DNA of 32,000 bases from Opitutales bacterium (GTDB lineage Bacteria > Verrucomicrobiota > Verrucomicrobiia > Opitutales > Coraliomargaritaceae), in assembly GCA_049606355.1 (NCBI GenBank), contig JBMYVL010000002.1:210001-242000 (forward strand), in the 5' to 3' direction. The position numbers and the translations under genes were made by a program. The notes under the pieces are model-generated. The model made no database searches. It saw only the letters and a list, made by a program, of their open reading frames with translations, and had not been told where the DNA came from. This document shows, piece by piece, positions 1-8,059 of this stretch (position 1 is its first letter; each line of letters begins with the position of its first letter).

Positions 1-92
1 CCATTCGTATCATTGAACCCAATATCTAGGTTTAAGGCATGAGCACCAGTTACATAAGTGAGTACAATGAGAGGGTACAGTAAACGTTTCAT
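1..92 (-). CDS. 5' end (30 codons) of a secreted-protein gene that runs off the left edge
   Basis: The reverse complement of 90..92 is ATG. The reading frame stays open to the window edge and translates as MKRLLYPLIVLTYVTGAHALNLDIGFNDTNG. This looks like a signal peptide with an AHA cleavage site. The mature start (DIGFNDTNG) resembles the FxFDDxxGT opening of the A modules in the giant protein at 8060..12415. It is absent from the ORF track because it is truncated. Confidence 0.4.
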   Translation of the reverse strand, partial: MKRLLYPLIVLTYVTGAHALNLDIGFNDTN

Positions 93-309
93 ATCAGGGT
101 AGGAGGTTAATAAAGTATTTGTATATTAACGTCACAGTAGCGGATTCACAATAACGAGTTATGAACGAAATTTTCACAGAAATGAAACACAGCGGGAGGA
201 TCACTCAGCCTCAGCCAATCATTCAATAACTATTATTATTTTGATATTTTTATTGAAATATGAAACTCATATGCTAAGGTACTGGCTTAATTTATTGCAC
301 CGCGAGTTA

Positions 310-1476
310 ATGTTAAAAACTAAGCACATTTTGCTTTTACTGGAGTGGTACGATTACCGGATCCACAAAGGCGTCGCACAAATGGCGCGCAAATATGGCT
401 GGCAACTCAATTGCCCCAAAAACCACTCCAACCTATCCACGCAGTCCGGTATTTTAAAGGATTGGGATGGAGATGGCTGCATCGCCATGATTGAGTGCGA
501 CGCTACGTTTAATTACCTAAGGACTAAAAAGATTCCCATCGTTGATTTAGGCTTAAGGAATCATCAAATGCCAATACCTCGAATGATCACCGACAACGAA
601 AAGATCGGTGAACTGGCTGCGGAACATTTACGTGAGTTTGGACATAAAGAAATTTTTGTCTTAGATCCGGGTAACAATGACATGTACCGGGAACGCCTCG
701 CCCATCTTAAAAAATACACCAAAAAAGAAGGAGGCATCGTTACAGTCTTAAAATCAGCAACCGAAGTGCAAAACGAGATCATTGATGAGCTCAAAGTGAT
801 TGCCAGCCATAGGGGCCATAAACTCGAGGCACTTTCCTTGGCTTTCTTTGCCTATACGGATTCGATCGCAGCGGAACTGATTTCACTCTTTCTAAAAAAT
901 GGGCTGCGCATCCCTGAGAATATCGCCCTGTTAGGTGTCGACAATGATGACCTGATCAACAGCAGCTTAGTTTTAGGCTTAAGCAGTGTTGATAGCGATC
1001 AGGAAGGTCTCGGTCGCGCCTCGGCCAGGCTGATGCATGATTTATTAAATCCCAAAAACAGAATTCCCAAACGAAAGATATTCAGACACGCCCCCAAATC
1101 TGTGGTCGCTCGACGTAGCACTGACTGCTACGCCGTGCGCAATCCACTCGTATCCAAAGCACTTCATTGGATACAAAATAATTTTTACAAGGGAATCCAG
1201 GCGACCGATGTCGCTGAAGCTATGGGCGTCACGCAACAGGGCCTACAAAAAGCATTTGCAATCAACTATATCCGGTCACCCGGCAATGAGATCCGCCATC
1301 AGCGCATTCAAGCGGTGGCCTTCCTCTTGAGTACGACTGGGGCTAACCTTGAAACCATTGCAAAAAACTGTGGCTACCATTCGGTCAACTCACTGATCAA
1401 TAGCTTCAAACAACACTATAAAGTCACTCCCGGAAAATACCGGATTCAGAAAAAGTCTGAGAGTATTAGCCTTTAG
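310..1476 (+). CDS. XylR-type hybrid transcriptional regulator (LacI/periplasmic-binding-protein-like sugar-binding domain plus C-terminal AraC/XylS HTH)
   Basis: This is ORF 241..1476. The C-terminus carries an AraC-type double HTH (HWIQNNFYKGIQATDVAEAMGVTQQGLQKAF ... NSLINSFKQHYKVTPGKYR). The N-terminal two thirds are PBP-like (IPIVDLG, LLGVDNDD). Position 241 is TTG. The ATG at 310 (MLKTKHILLLLEWYD) aligns with the N-terminus of the paralogue at 27124..28230 (MLTQRRVLLLLSAYD). Confidence 0.85.
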   Translation: MLKTKHILLLLEWYDYRIHKGVAQMARKYGWQLNCPKNHSNLSTQSGILKDWDGDGCIAMIECDATFNYLRTKKIPIVDLGLRNHQMPIPRMITDNEKIGELAAEHLREFGHKEIFVLDPGNNDMYRERLAHLKKYTKKEGGIVTVLKSATEVQNEIIDELKVIASHRGHKLEALSLAFFAYTDSIAAELISLFLKNGLRIPENIALLGVDNDDLINSSLVLGLSSVDSDQEGLGRASARLMHDLLNPKNRIPKRKIFRHAPKSVVARRSTDCYAVRNPLVSKALHWIQNNFYKGIQATDVAEAMGVTQQGLQKAFAINYIRSPGNEIRHQRIQAVAFLLSTTGANLETIAKNCGYHSVNSLINSFKQHYKVTPGKYRIQKKSESISL

Positions 1477-1481
1477 TAGTA

Positions 1482-1502
1482 AGACGACTGGATTAGTCGT
1501 CT
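1482..1502. terminator. Hairpin between convergent genes; possible weak bidirectional terminator
   Basis: AGACGACT (1482..1489), a GGATT loop, then AGTCGTCT (1495..1502) give a perfect 8-bp stem. It lies 6 nt after the regulator stop (1474..1476) and overlaps the stop codon of the GH10 gene (1493..1495). The plus strand has a modest T-rich tail (AATTCAATTTTG); the minus strand has no T-tract. Confidence 0.3.
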
Positions 1503-4357
1503 AATTCAATTTTGTAAAATTGCCTAGGTGCGTCCTCATGGGCTTCGGACCAATAATTCAGCCCACCGAAAGAACCCGGCAAGGCTTCCTCCACCACAGA
1601 CCAATTCGCAGCACCCAAATCGGTCTTCGCGAGGACTCGATAGGATTCACTGTCACTCCCGTACCAACTAATGTTATTCGTCGTCGCAGTCCGGTAGAAT
1701 GTATGAAGACTGAACTTTGAGTAACTGTTCGTGGGAAGGGTACCTGCCCTAAACTCAATTAGGTTCGAGACTCCATCTTGGTCGCTATCGGCATTGGGTT
1801 CGGCATTAATCGAACCGAAGTAGCTCAGCTCCCAGGCGTCCAACATGCCGTCATGATCGCTATCCTCAGGATTTATCGGATCCGTCACTACTGCCAAGCT
1901 CACATCATCGACATAGAAATTCTCGGCTGCATCGACATTCGATATGTAGATGAACTCCATCAACGCATCATAAACAAACTCGCCACTCAACTCCACCCAC
2001 TGGCCGGCAGTCACACCATTAGGCTTAGTATCCAGAGTCGTGTACGACACGGGATCCGTCAGGCTTTTGATGGTTAAACTTGAGTTGTCGCTATTTTCAA
2101 CCAATCGAACCCAAGCAGAGAAACGGTAGCGCTCCCCCGGACTTAAAGACGCAGTCGCGTTCGCACCTGAAAGATAATAGCGTACCCCATTCCAATTCGC
2201 CGCCGAATTCGACAAGTCGCGTTGCACATAAAGTGAATAATTACCACTGCGCGCAGTACCGGTAGTTCTACTTAAGATTACCTGAGCCGAGGTAAACGGC
2301 GCAAAGGCATTATCCATGCCTAATTCGAAATCCGCGTTTGCAATTAAATTCGGCCCGAGGTTGTTGGTTATACCCACGTGGATTGTAACCGAGTCCTCAA
2401 TCAAACTGCTCGACTCCGCCTGTATCGAAAGCGTGTGGAACCCATCCGCCGCACCGTATAGTTTGGTACGAAAAGGAGCCACTGAGTCTCTTTTAAGCAA
2501 CTGCCCGTCGGCATAAAATTCGACATAGTTAATGCCCTGATTCGTCCCGTCCGGATAGGCCGCCTCGAGCTCAATGGTTTCATTCGGATAAAATTCGCTC
2601 CCATCAATTGGTCGGATTAAACCGATGCTACCAGATGTTTCAAATAATTCGTTGTTACTATACTCCAGATAAAACGTCTCTGCCCCGCTATCCGTAGCTA
2701 TCGTTTGATCAAACACATTGCCGTCGATGATGATATCATAATCACCTGCAAAGGCACTCAATTCAACATTACCGTTCGCATCCGTTTCAACCACTGCATC
2801 CGTCCACCACTCATCAAAAACCAAACCACGATAGCGCGCTACTTGCTCGGTCTCGATCCAATTACTCGGCACATCGTCAGTGGTGTTCGACGTATCGTAC
2901 TTATCGTAACCCTGGTACTGCCAAGGCGCACGATAGTCGCGCCAGTGGCACCCCGACCAAAAGCCCCACATGATAATACCTTCAACCGCTTGGTGTTCAA
3001 AGGCTGCTCTAAAGACGTTTTCCAGCTGGTTCGCCTTGGCCGTTTCAGAACTGCCAATGGCGCCAATATCAAGCTCGGTGATCTTAATGGGCACACCGAC
3101 ATCATCTAAGATATTCAAACAATTGGTGATATGTGCTTTCGAGCGGGCCGTATTACCAAAGTGGCCTTGTACACCAATACCATCGACCGGCACATCGTGA
3201 TTGTCTCTCAAATCAATGAGCAGGTTTTTAAAGCTCGTTGCATTGCCAGTACCGGATTGCGTGATGATATTGTAATCGTTATGGTATAACTTCAGATTTG
3301 GATTCGCCGCTTTGGCGACTTCGGCGAATTCAGCCAAGATCGAAGGCCCAGAGGGACTGTGCGAGCCAGTTTTGAAATTCGTCTGACCATCGTACATCTT
3401 ACGATAATGGTCATAATTCCAGAGCTCATTGTTAAAGTCCCACTCATCGATCTTACCTGCATAATAGGAAACCACCTGCTCAATGCGATTTTTGATGGCA
3501 ACTTTGGCTTGTTCTTTCTCTGCCTCGCTTCCCTCCATTAAATCTTCAATCCATTGAGGATCATGCATATTTTCCTCAGCTAAGTTGGTCGACGACTTTT
3601 TGCCCCAAAGGAGGGTATGGCCACGCACTGGAATATTATTTGAGTCGTGCCAATTATACCAGCGGTCGGCACGGGTGAAGCTTATTCCAGCGGTGCCCAT
3701 TGAGTACCATTTCATCGCATTACCCGCTACGGAATAATTAAAGTTATCGAGGAAGACTTCGCGATATTTATTGATATATGCAAGCTGTGTACTGTTGGCA
3801 CCATTGCCGCTGATTCGTACCGGGTATGGCTTTGTGTCGGTCGGATTCAGACTCCCCTCCTCCACTGTTTGTGAACCAAAAATAAAAGCATGGCGCCTCA
3901 TGCGAATCGTAATTTCCTGGTTCGCCTGGCCTGTCTTTAAAAAAACTTTGCGTGCACGGTGACTAAGGGGATCCGTAAAGGTAATCTCAGTCGAGTCATT
4001 CAGGATTAAGTTACTGGACGCATCATAGCCCATAACTCGAACTTCGTAAGTACCTGGATTGGGTAACCACGCTTCGTTGTTACGGTACAGATAAAAAGGA
4101 CTACCCAATGCATCCGTGGAGATCTCCGCATCGTTGATCGAAAAGCTCAATGAAGCCACCTGGGCATCACTAGACGTGTACTTGATATTAAACGCTCGTT
4201 TACCAATGGTGTTTAAGTTGATCGAGGCCTGCGAGCCACTCAAACCGTTTACTAAGGCAGCAGTGGAACTGTCAATTAAGTCAAAATCAGCGCTTAAGTT
4301 GGAGAATGCCAGAAGCTGCAGGCTAACAAACGCTAGAAAGTACTTAAAATTATTCAT
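1493..4357 (-). CDS. Secreted multidomain GH10 endo-xylanase: signal peptide, N-terminal beta-sandwich, GH10 catalytic domain, beta-sandwich, Ig-like domain, CBM4/9-like domain, thrombospondin-type-3-like Ca-binding repeats, C-terminal domain
   Basis: 954 aa. The signal peptide is MNNFKYFLAFVSLQLLAFSNLSA. GH10 landmarks appear in order: HAFIFGS, FNYSVAGNAMKW, GHTLLWG, EWDFNNE (acid/base Glu311), DGIGVQGHF, IKITELDI (nucleophile Glu428) and IIMWGFW. The tail contains NLIANADFELG (CBM4/9-like start), DSDHDGMLDAWELSYFGS and DSDQDGVSN (TSP3-like), and ends ...ISWYGSDSESYRVLAKTDL..NW...QFYKIELDD. Confidence 0.9.
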   Translation of the reverse strand: MNNFKYFLAFVSLQLLAFSNLSADFDLIDSSTAALVNGLSGSQASINLNTIGKRAFNIKYTSSDAQVASLSFSINDAEISTDALGSPFYLYRNNEAWLPNPGTYEVRVMGYDASSNLILNDSTEITFTDPLSHRARKVFLKTGQANQEITIRMRRHAFIFGSQTVEEGSLNPTDTKPYPVRISGNGANSTQLAYINKYREVFLDNFNYSVAGNAMKWYSMGTAGISFTRADRWYNWHDSNNIPVRGHTLLWGKKSSTNLAEENMHDPQWIEDLMEGSEAEKEQAKVAIKNRIEQVVSYYAGKIDEWDFNNELWNYDHYRKMYDGQTNFKTGSHSPSGPSILAEFAEVAKAANPNLKLYHNDYNIITQSGTGNATSFKNLLIDLRDNHDVPVDGIGVQGHFGNTARSKAHITNCLNILDDVGVPIKITELDIGAIGSSETAKANQLENVFRAAFEHQAVEGIIMWGFWSGCHWRDYRAPWQYQGYDKYDTSNTTDDVPSNWIETEQVARYRGLVFDEWWTDAVVETDANGNVELSAFAGDYDIIIDGNVFDQTIATDSGAETFYLEYSNNELFETSGSIGLIRPIDGSEFYPNETIELEAAYPDGTNQGINYVEFYADGQLLKRDSVAPFRTKLYGAADGFHTLSIQAESSSLIEDSVTIHVGITNNLGPNLIANADFELGMDNAFAPFTSAQVILSRTTGTARSGNYSLYVQRDLSNSAANWNGVRYYLSGANATASLSPGERYRFSAWVRLVENSDNSSLTIKSLTDPVSYTTLDTKPNGVTAGQWVELSGEFVYDALMEFIYISNVDAAENFYVDDVSLAVVTDPINPEDSDHDGMLDAWELSYFGSINAEPNADSDQDGVSNLIEFRAGTLPTNSYSKFSLHTFYRTATTNNISWYGSDSESYRVLAKTDLGAANWSVVEEALPGSFGGLNYWSEAHEDAPRQFYKIELDD

Positions 4358-4369
4358 TTTATTAATAGA

Positions 4370-5764
4370 TTATTGCTGGGATTTCTGTAGCTCAAGCAGT
4401 ATTGCATCGTAGCGATCCTTACTCAATTTGTATTTGAATAAACACACGGCACAGCCAAGCGAAAATAAACCCGGGAAAATATTATACAGCCACGCAATCC
4501 CTTCGAGAGCGCTGCTATTTAATTCAGTATTGGCAACGTAACCGGTGAAGGCCAACACCTGTAGCGCAAAGAATGCCCCAAAAGACATCGCCATTTTTTG
4601 CATAAAACTAAAGAAGGCTAAAGGAATACCCTCGGACCGGATACCCGTCTTCCACTGACCGTACTCAATCGTATCCGGAACCATGCCCCATTGGCAGATC
4701 GAGCAAAACATCATACACGATGAGCCCAGCATCGATAAAACGATGAATAGTGTATAGGATTCTGCACTCGGCACGGGTACAAAATAGCGGGTTATGCTCA
4801 CGGCAAAGACCACAAGACTACCAAACAGGAAGACATTTCTCTTACCAAATCGAGCCGTCAGAATCGGGGTTAAAATTACCCCTAAAATATTAGCCGGTAG
4901 CATCCACTGGAAGAATATAGTCTGCAGCGACTCAACCTGAGCCACATATTTAAAATAATAGAATGTGACCGCGTTCTGCACTACCCATATCGCAGTGTTT
5001 AAGAACATCGAAGCCGATAGAATCAGCAATACATCGTTCTTTAATAAAATCGTGCCCAAATCCCTTATTTTGTACTTTTGAACAGACACCTGCACGCGCT
5101 CTTTCGTTTTGAGCGCCGCATAAAATAAAATGACCGTCGAGATGATGCCAAAAGCCAATGCGACACTAAACCAGCCTTCGGCCTCGTCGGCAAATTGCGG
5201 GCCATGCCAGGTCAACAGCTCTACCCCGATAAACTCTATAACAATTGGATCACTGTTCACAAACGGAGTAACGTACGAGCCGACGATGGTAATCACGACA
5301 ATCACAGCGAAGAACATCCGCATGGTCGAAATCTTGGCGCGTTCTTGCTGATCTTGTGTGACGATAGTACCGATAGCACTGTAAGAAAGCCCTACTGCAG
5401 TAAAAACCATACCGTGCAGTATGTAGGTGAAATAGCAGTAGACCACCTGCAACGTGCTACTCAGCTCTGGAATCGTAAAACAAGCGAGCAACAATAAATT
5501 CAGCGGAATGGCACCCCAGTAAATAAAAGGCTTGTAAGTACCCCACTTATTTCGAGCTCGATCAGCGAAAAGGCCCATCAATGGGTCGTTGATCGCATCC
5601 CAGGCTCGAGCGATAAGGAAAATAAAACTCGCATGCCATGCACTGATTCCAAAGACATCCGTATAAAAATAGGCCAAGAAGAATCCCAGTAACTGGAAAT
5701 TTAAATTGATACCAAAATCTCCAATACTGAAATTGAAGATTTCAGATCTCTTCAGGGGTCTCAT
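4370..5764 (-). CDS. Glycoside-pentoside-hexuronide (GPH)/MFS sugar:cation symporter, probably a xyloside/xylo-oligosaccharide importer
   Basis: This is ORF 4370..5824, a polytopic membrane protein of about 12 hydrophobic segments. Its N-terminus has the GPH signature (FSIGDFGINLNFQLLGFFLAYFYTDVFGISA ... ARAWDAINDPLMGLFADR). Position 5824 is TTG, whereas 5764 is ATG (MRPLKRSEIFNF...) and avoids overlap with the GH52 stop. It sits 12 bp upstream of the GH10 gene. Confidence 0.88.
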   Translation of the reverse strand: MRPLKRSEIFNFSIGDFGINLNFQLLGFFLAYFYTDVFGISAWHASFIFLIARAWDAINDPLMGLFADRARNKWGTYKPFIYWGAIPLNLLLLACFTIPELSSTLQVVYCYFTYILHGMVFTAVGLSYSAIGTIVTQDQQERAKISTMRMFFAVIVVITIVGSYVTPFVNSDPIVIEFIGVELLTWHGPQFADEAEGWFSVALAFGIISTVILFYAALKTKERVQVSVQKYKIRDLGTILLKNDVLLILSASMFLNTAIWVVQNAVTFYYFKYVAQVESLQTIFFQWMLPANILGVILTPILTARFGKRNVFLFGSLVVFAVSITRYFVPVPSAESYTLFIVLSMLGSSCMMFCSICQWGMVPDTIEYGQWKTGIRSEGIPLAFFSFMQKMAMSFGAFFALQVLAFTGYVANTELNSSALEGIAWLYNIFPGLFSLGCAVCLFKYKLSKDRYDAILLELQKSQQ

Positions 5765-5817
5765 AAATACAGATCGATCAATTAGTATGGCCCTAAGGGC
5801 CCATACATCAAACAAAG

Positions 5818-7986
5818 TTAACAAACATGAACTAACTTTGATTCAGGTTTTTCCAAACTTACACGCTGCATGCGTGCTGCCTCCAACCATAAGATATTCG
5901 TTACGATTCGGGGATAAAACAAACTACCAATGGGTTTTCCTGACGCAAATTGGTCGGAACAGGCGTGGGCTTTAGAACCATTGATTTGCCATTCCACATG
6001 CGCTCGGTCGGCCTTTTCCTCTCCTTGATAGCTCATTTCTAAAATCTCGTGAATGACAAATTGATTCAGGCAAATCTTACTCATCCACGAGTTATCCGCA
6101 CTGCTGGACAATTTCCATGCACCATCTGCGTAAAGGCACATCCCCGACTGGAGTATATGGGTGCTATGCTTTTTCAAAACACCGAGGTAGCCCGCAAAGG
6201 GACCGTCGCATGCCAAGTGCTCCTGCAAGCCCATCTGGTGCGGATAAATCAGCGCTTCAACCGCAGGAATAATTGCACTACGGTTATCATTTTCCAATAC
6301 CGCAGGGATAAAACCTAAATCCTCATCATACGCTTTTTCCAGTGCGGCCGCAGTGAGCAAGGCCGCATCCATTGCCGACTGTGCCAAGTCAGCGTTACCG
6401 AGCATTTTAAATAAGGCCTCTAAAGCCAGATAAGACGCCCACGTTTTGCCGGCTAGATACACGTTGTTCCGTGCCTGACCCAGCGAATGATCCAATGAAT
6501 CGTAGGTAGTGATCTCACCACCGCCCTCAGTCCTGCTACTGTCAAAGCCCATGAGCCCATTACGCAAGGCTGGATCCGGGTGATCTCGATTCAACAAACT
6601 GGTGAGGCAACGCTCGAAAAGTGCCGCGTGAGCTTCCAAAAAGTCATGATCCTGTGCATGCTTGACATAGAGCCCGGCGGTGAGAATCCAGTTGGTCAAC
6701 TCCTCATAGGTCATGTAGGAAAAGCACTTGCGGTCTATTCCCGCACACTCATAGCACGAATACTGGTCCGGGCTAAAGTGGTTGCCCACACCCATATCGT
6801 GAGTAAAGGAGACGCCTCCGATGAAGTGCTGCGATGGCTCCTCTGGTGCGAAAATGTGGTCCTCATAGGAGTAATTTGAAACAAAATGTTCCAAAACATT
6901 GCGAACCGTCCACGGATTCAGCCGAAGCTCAAAGAAGGCCATATCAATGGTCAGATCAAGCGTGTTGATCATCAAGTACTCACCCTCGTTTACAACCCAC
7001 AGTGGCTTACCATCTTCTACGAGCCACTGCGTCGAGCCGTAATAGCTGCGTGTCGCATGAGCGATTAAAAATTTCTGGTCTTCACTCAGCGAAGCAGCGG
7101 CGAGCTCAGCATCCTTCTGATCCGCGATGGCCACAAAGTCATCATAATGATCCAGCGCGTAGTCAAAAACCGATTCGATCGAAGTAAAATACTGCGTATA
7201 CCAGTAGGCTGCAGTTCGGTTATACGATACCGAACCTTGCATGAAATAGCCGACGACAAAGCGCACCGTCTTCGTCTCGCCTGGTTCAACCACGAAAGAA
7301 AACCCACCGATCGGTCCTAATAGAAAATTGGGCGTTTTATGAACCTTACTCAGTGCTTGATTGACATCGAAATCGACAAATTCGGCAACCGACGTGTCAC
7401 GCGTAGCGAAGCCCATCTGATCGCAGGTGATCATGCCCTTTAGGCTTTTACTGCGATGCGAGAGTGGCGTCCACGGGCGACTCCCCCCCACTGCGAAAAA
7501 ACCATCCCAAAGCTCTTCACTGTCATTCGCAATCGTGAGCTCTAGATAAGTTGCAGGGCAGGAAGCACGCTGTAAGGCATCACGATCCGCGGTCGACGGA
7601 TCCGGAATAGCACCAAAAGGGGTACGAATCGACATCTCCACACCAGGAGCCGAAAAAACATCGCTTGCCCACGCATAACTCCTATCGATATGCGATTCAT
7701 CAAACACAACTGCTCCAGGCGCTGATCGGGATGCAGGATCATCTTGACTGAAGCGTTCCGCATCGTTGGTTAAACTTTCAAAAAAAGGGAACAGTGCCGT
7801 ACGCCCGGAATGGGTTCGATAGCCAACAAACACCGATTGATTTGCCGGAGTCCCCATTTCCAAACCCATGCCACCATTGGCACCAAACATGCCCAGCGTA
7901 AAAGATGCATGAGCACCCATCGGTGAATGGTGTGCATGGAAAGAATCAGATGATCTTATATGATGATTCGAGTTCGAATTTTCCAT
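5818..7986 (-). CDS. GH52 beta-xylosidase, no signal peptide (cytoplasmic)
   Basis: Long blocks match my recollection of Geobacillus XynB2-type GH52 enzymes: HAHHSPMGAHASFTLGMFG, HATRSYYGSTQWLVEDGKPLWVVNEGEYLMINTLDLTIDMAFFELRLNPWTVRNVLE..YSYED, RDHPDPALRNGLMGFDSSRTEGGGEITTYDSLDHSLGQARNNVYLAGK and YPRIVTNILWLE. The track start at 8019 is a GTG inside the loop of the terminator hairpin, so I call the ATG at 7986 (MENSNSNHH...). Confidence 0.92.
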   Translation of the reverse strand: MENSNSNHHIRSSDSFHAHHSPMGAHASFTLGMFGANGGMGLEMGTPANQSVFVGYRTHSGRTALFPFFESLTNDAERFSQDDPASRSAPGAVVFDESHIDRSYAWASDVFSAPGVEMSIRTPFGAIPDPSTADRDALQRASCPATYLELTIANDSEELWDGFFAVGGSRPWTPLSHRSKSLKGMITCDQMGFATRDTSVAEFVDFDVNQALSKVHKTPNFLLGPIGGFSFVVEPGETKTVRFVVGYFMQGSVSYNRTAAYWYTQYFTSIESVFDYALDHYDDFVAIADQKDAELAAASLSEDQKFLIAHATRSYYGSTQWLVEDGKPLWVVNEGEYLMINTLDLTIDMAFFELRLNPWTVRNVLEHFVSNYSYEDHIFAPEEPSQHFIGGVSFTHDMGVGNHFSPDQYSCYECAGIDRKCFSYMTYEELTNWILTAGLYVKHAQDHDFLEAHAALFERCLTSLLNRDHPDPALRNGLMGFDSSRTEGGGEITTYDSLDHSLGQARNNVYLAGKTWASYLALEALFKMLGNADLAQSAMDAALLTAAALEKAYDEDLGFIPAVLENDNRSAIIPAVEALIYPHQMGLQEHLACDGPFAGYLGVLKKHSTHILQSGMCLYADGAWKLSSSADNSWMSKICLNQFVIHEILEMSYQGEEKADRAHVEWQINGSKAHACSDQFASGKPIGSLFYPRIVTNILWLEAARMQRVSLEKPESKLVHVC

Positions 7987-8000
7987 TGGTAATCGATTTG

Positions 8001-8031
8001 AAAAATAAAGGGGCGACACGATCGCCCCTTT
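8001..8031 (-). terminator. Rho-independent-type terminator or attenuator hairpin downstream of the giant repeat-protein gene
   Basis: The minus strand reads AAAGGGGCGA-TCGTG-TCGCCCCTTT followed by ATTTTT. That is a perfect 10-bp GC-cored stem (8007..8016 pairs with 8022..8031), a 5-nt loop and a T-tract (8001..8006). It starts 29 nt after the stop at 8060..8062 and ends 14 nt before the GH52 ATG at 7986. Confidence 0.65.
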
Positions 8032-8059
8032 ATGCTCATGAAATGCTCTACATAGAGCT

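Noticed and set aside
1496-1705. Interpreting the shared C-terminal domain as PEP-CTERM, LPXTG or a T9SS CTD
   Set aside because: It has no PEP motif, terminal TM helix or Arg cluster, and no LPXTG. A T9SS assignment cannot be supported without the secretion genes, and the surrounding proteins look PVC-like rather than Bacteroidota-like. I kept it only as an unclassified candidate tag.
2705-3109. Numerous 60-134-aa ORFs antisense to or out of frame with the large genes (for example 2705..3109 +, 12931..13284 +, 17749..18081 -, 18922..19293 +, 27009..27314 +, 31586..31882 -)
   Set aside because: All are nested in long ORFs with strong family signatures. Their translations are low-complexity or Arg/Ser-rich shadow products, and none has independent support.
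5765-5824. A 20-codon extension of the symporter ORF that overlaps the GH52 stop
   Set aside because: It starts at TTG and the residues (MLTLFDVWALRAILIDRSVF) precede the conserved GPH N-terminus. The ATG at 5764 gives the typical start.
7987-8019. An 11-codon N-terminal extension of the GH52 ORF (MSPLYFSNRLP) in the ORF track
   Set aside because: It initiates at a GTG in the loop of the terminator hairpin and is encoded by the hairpin's descending arm and T-tract. GH52 homology starts after the ATG at 7986.
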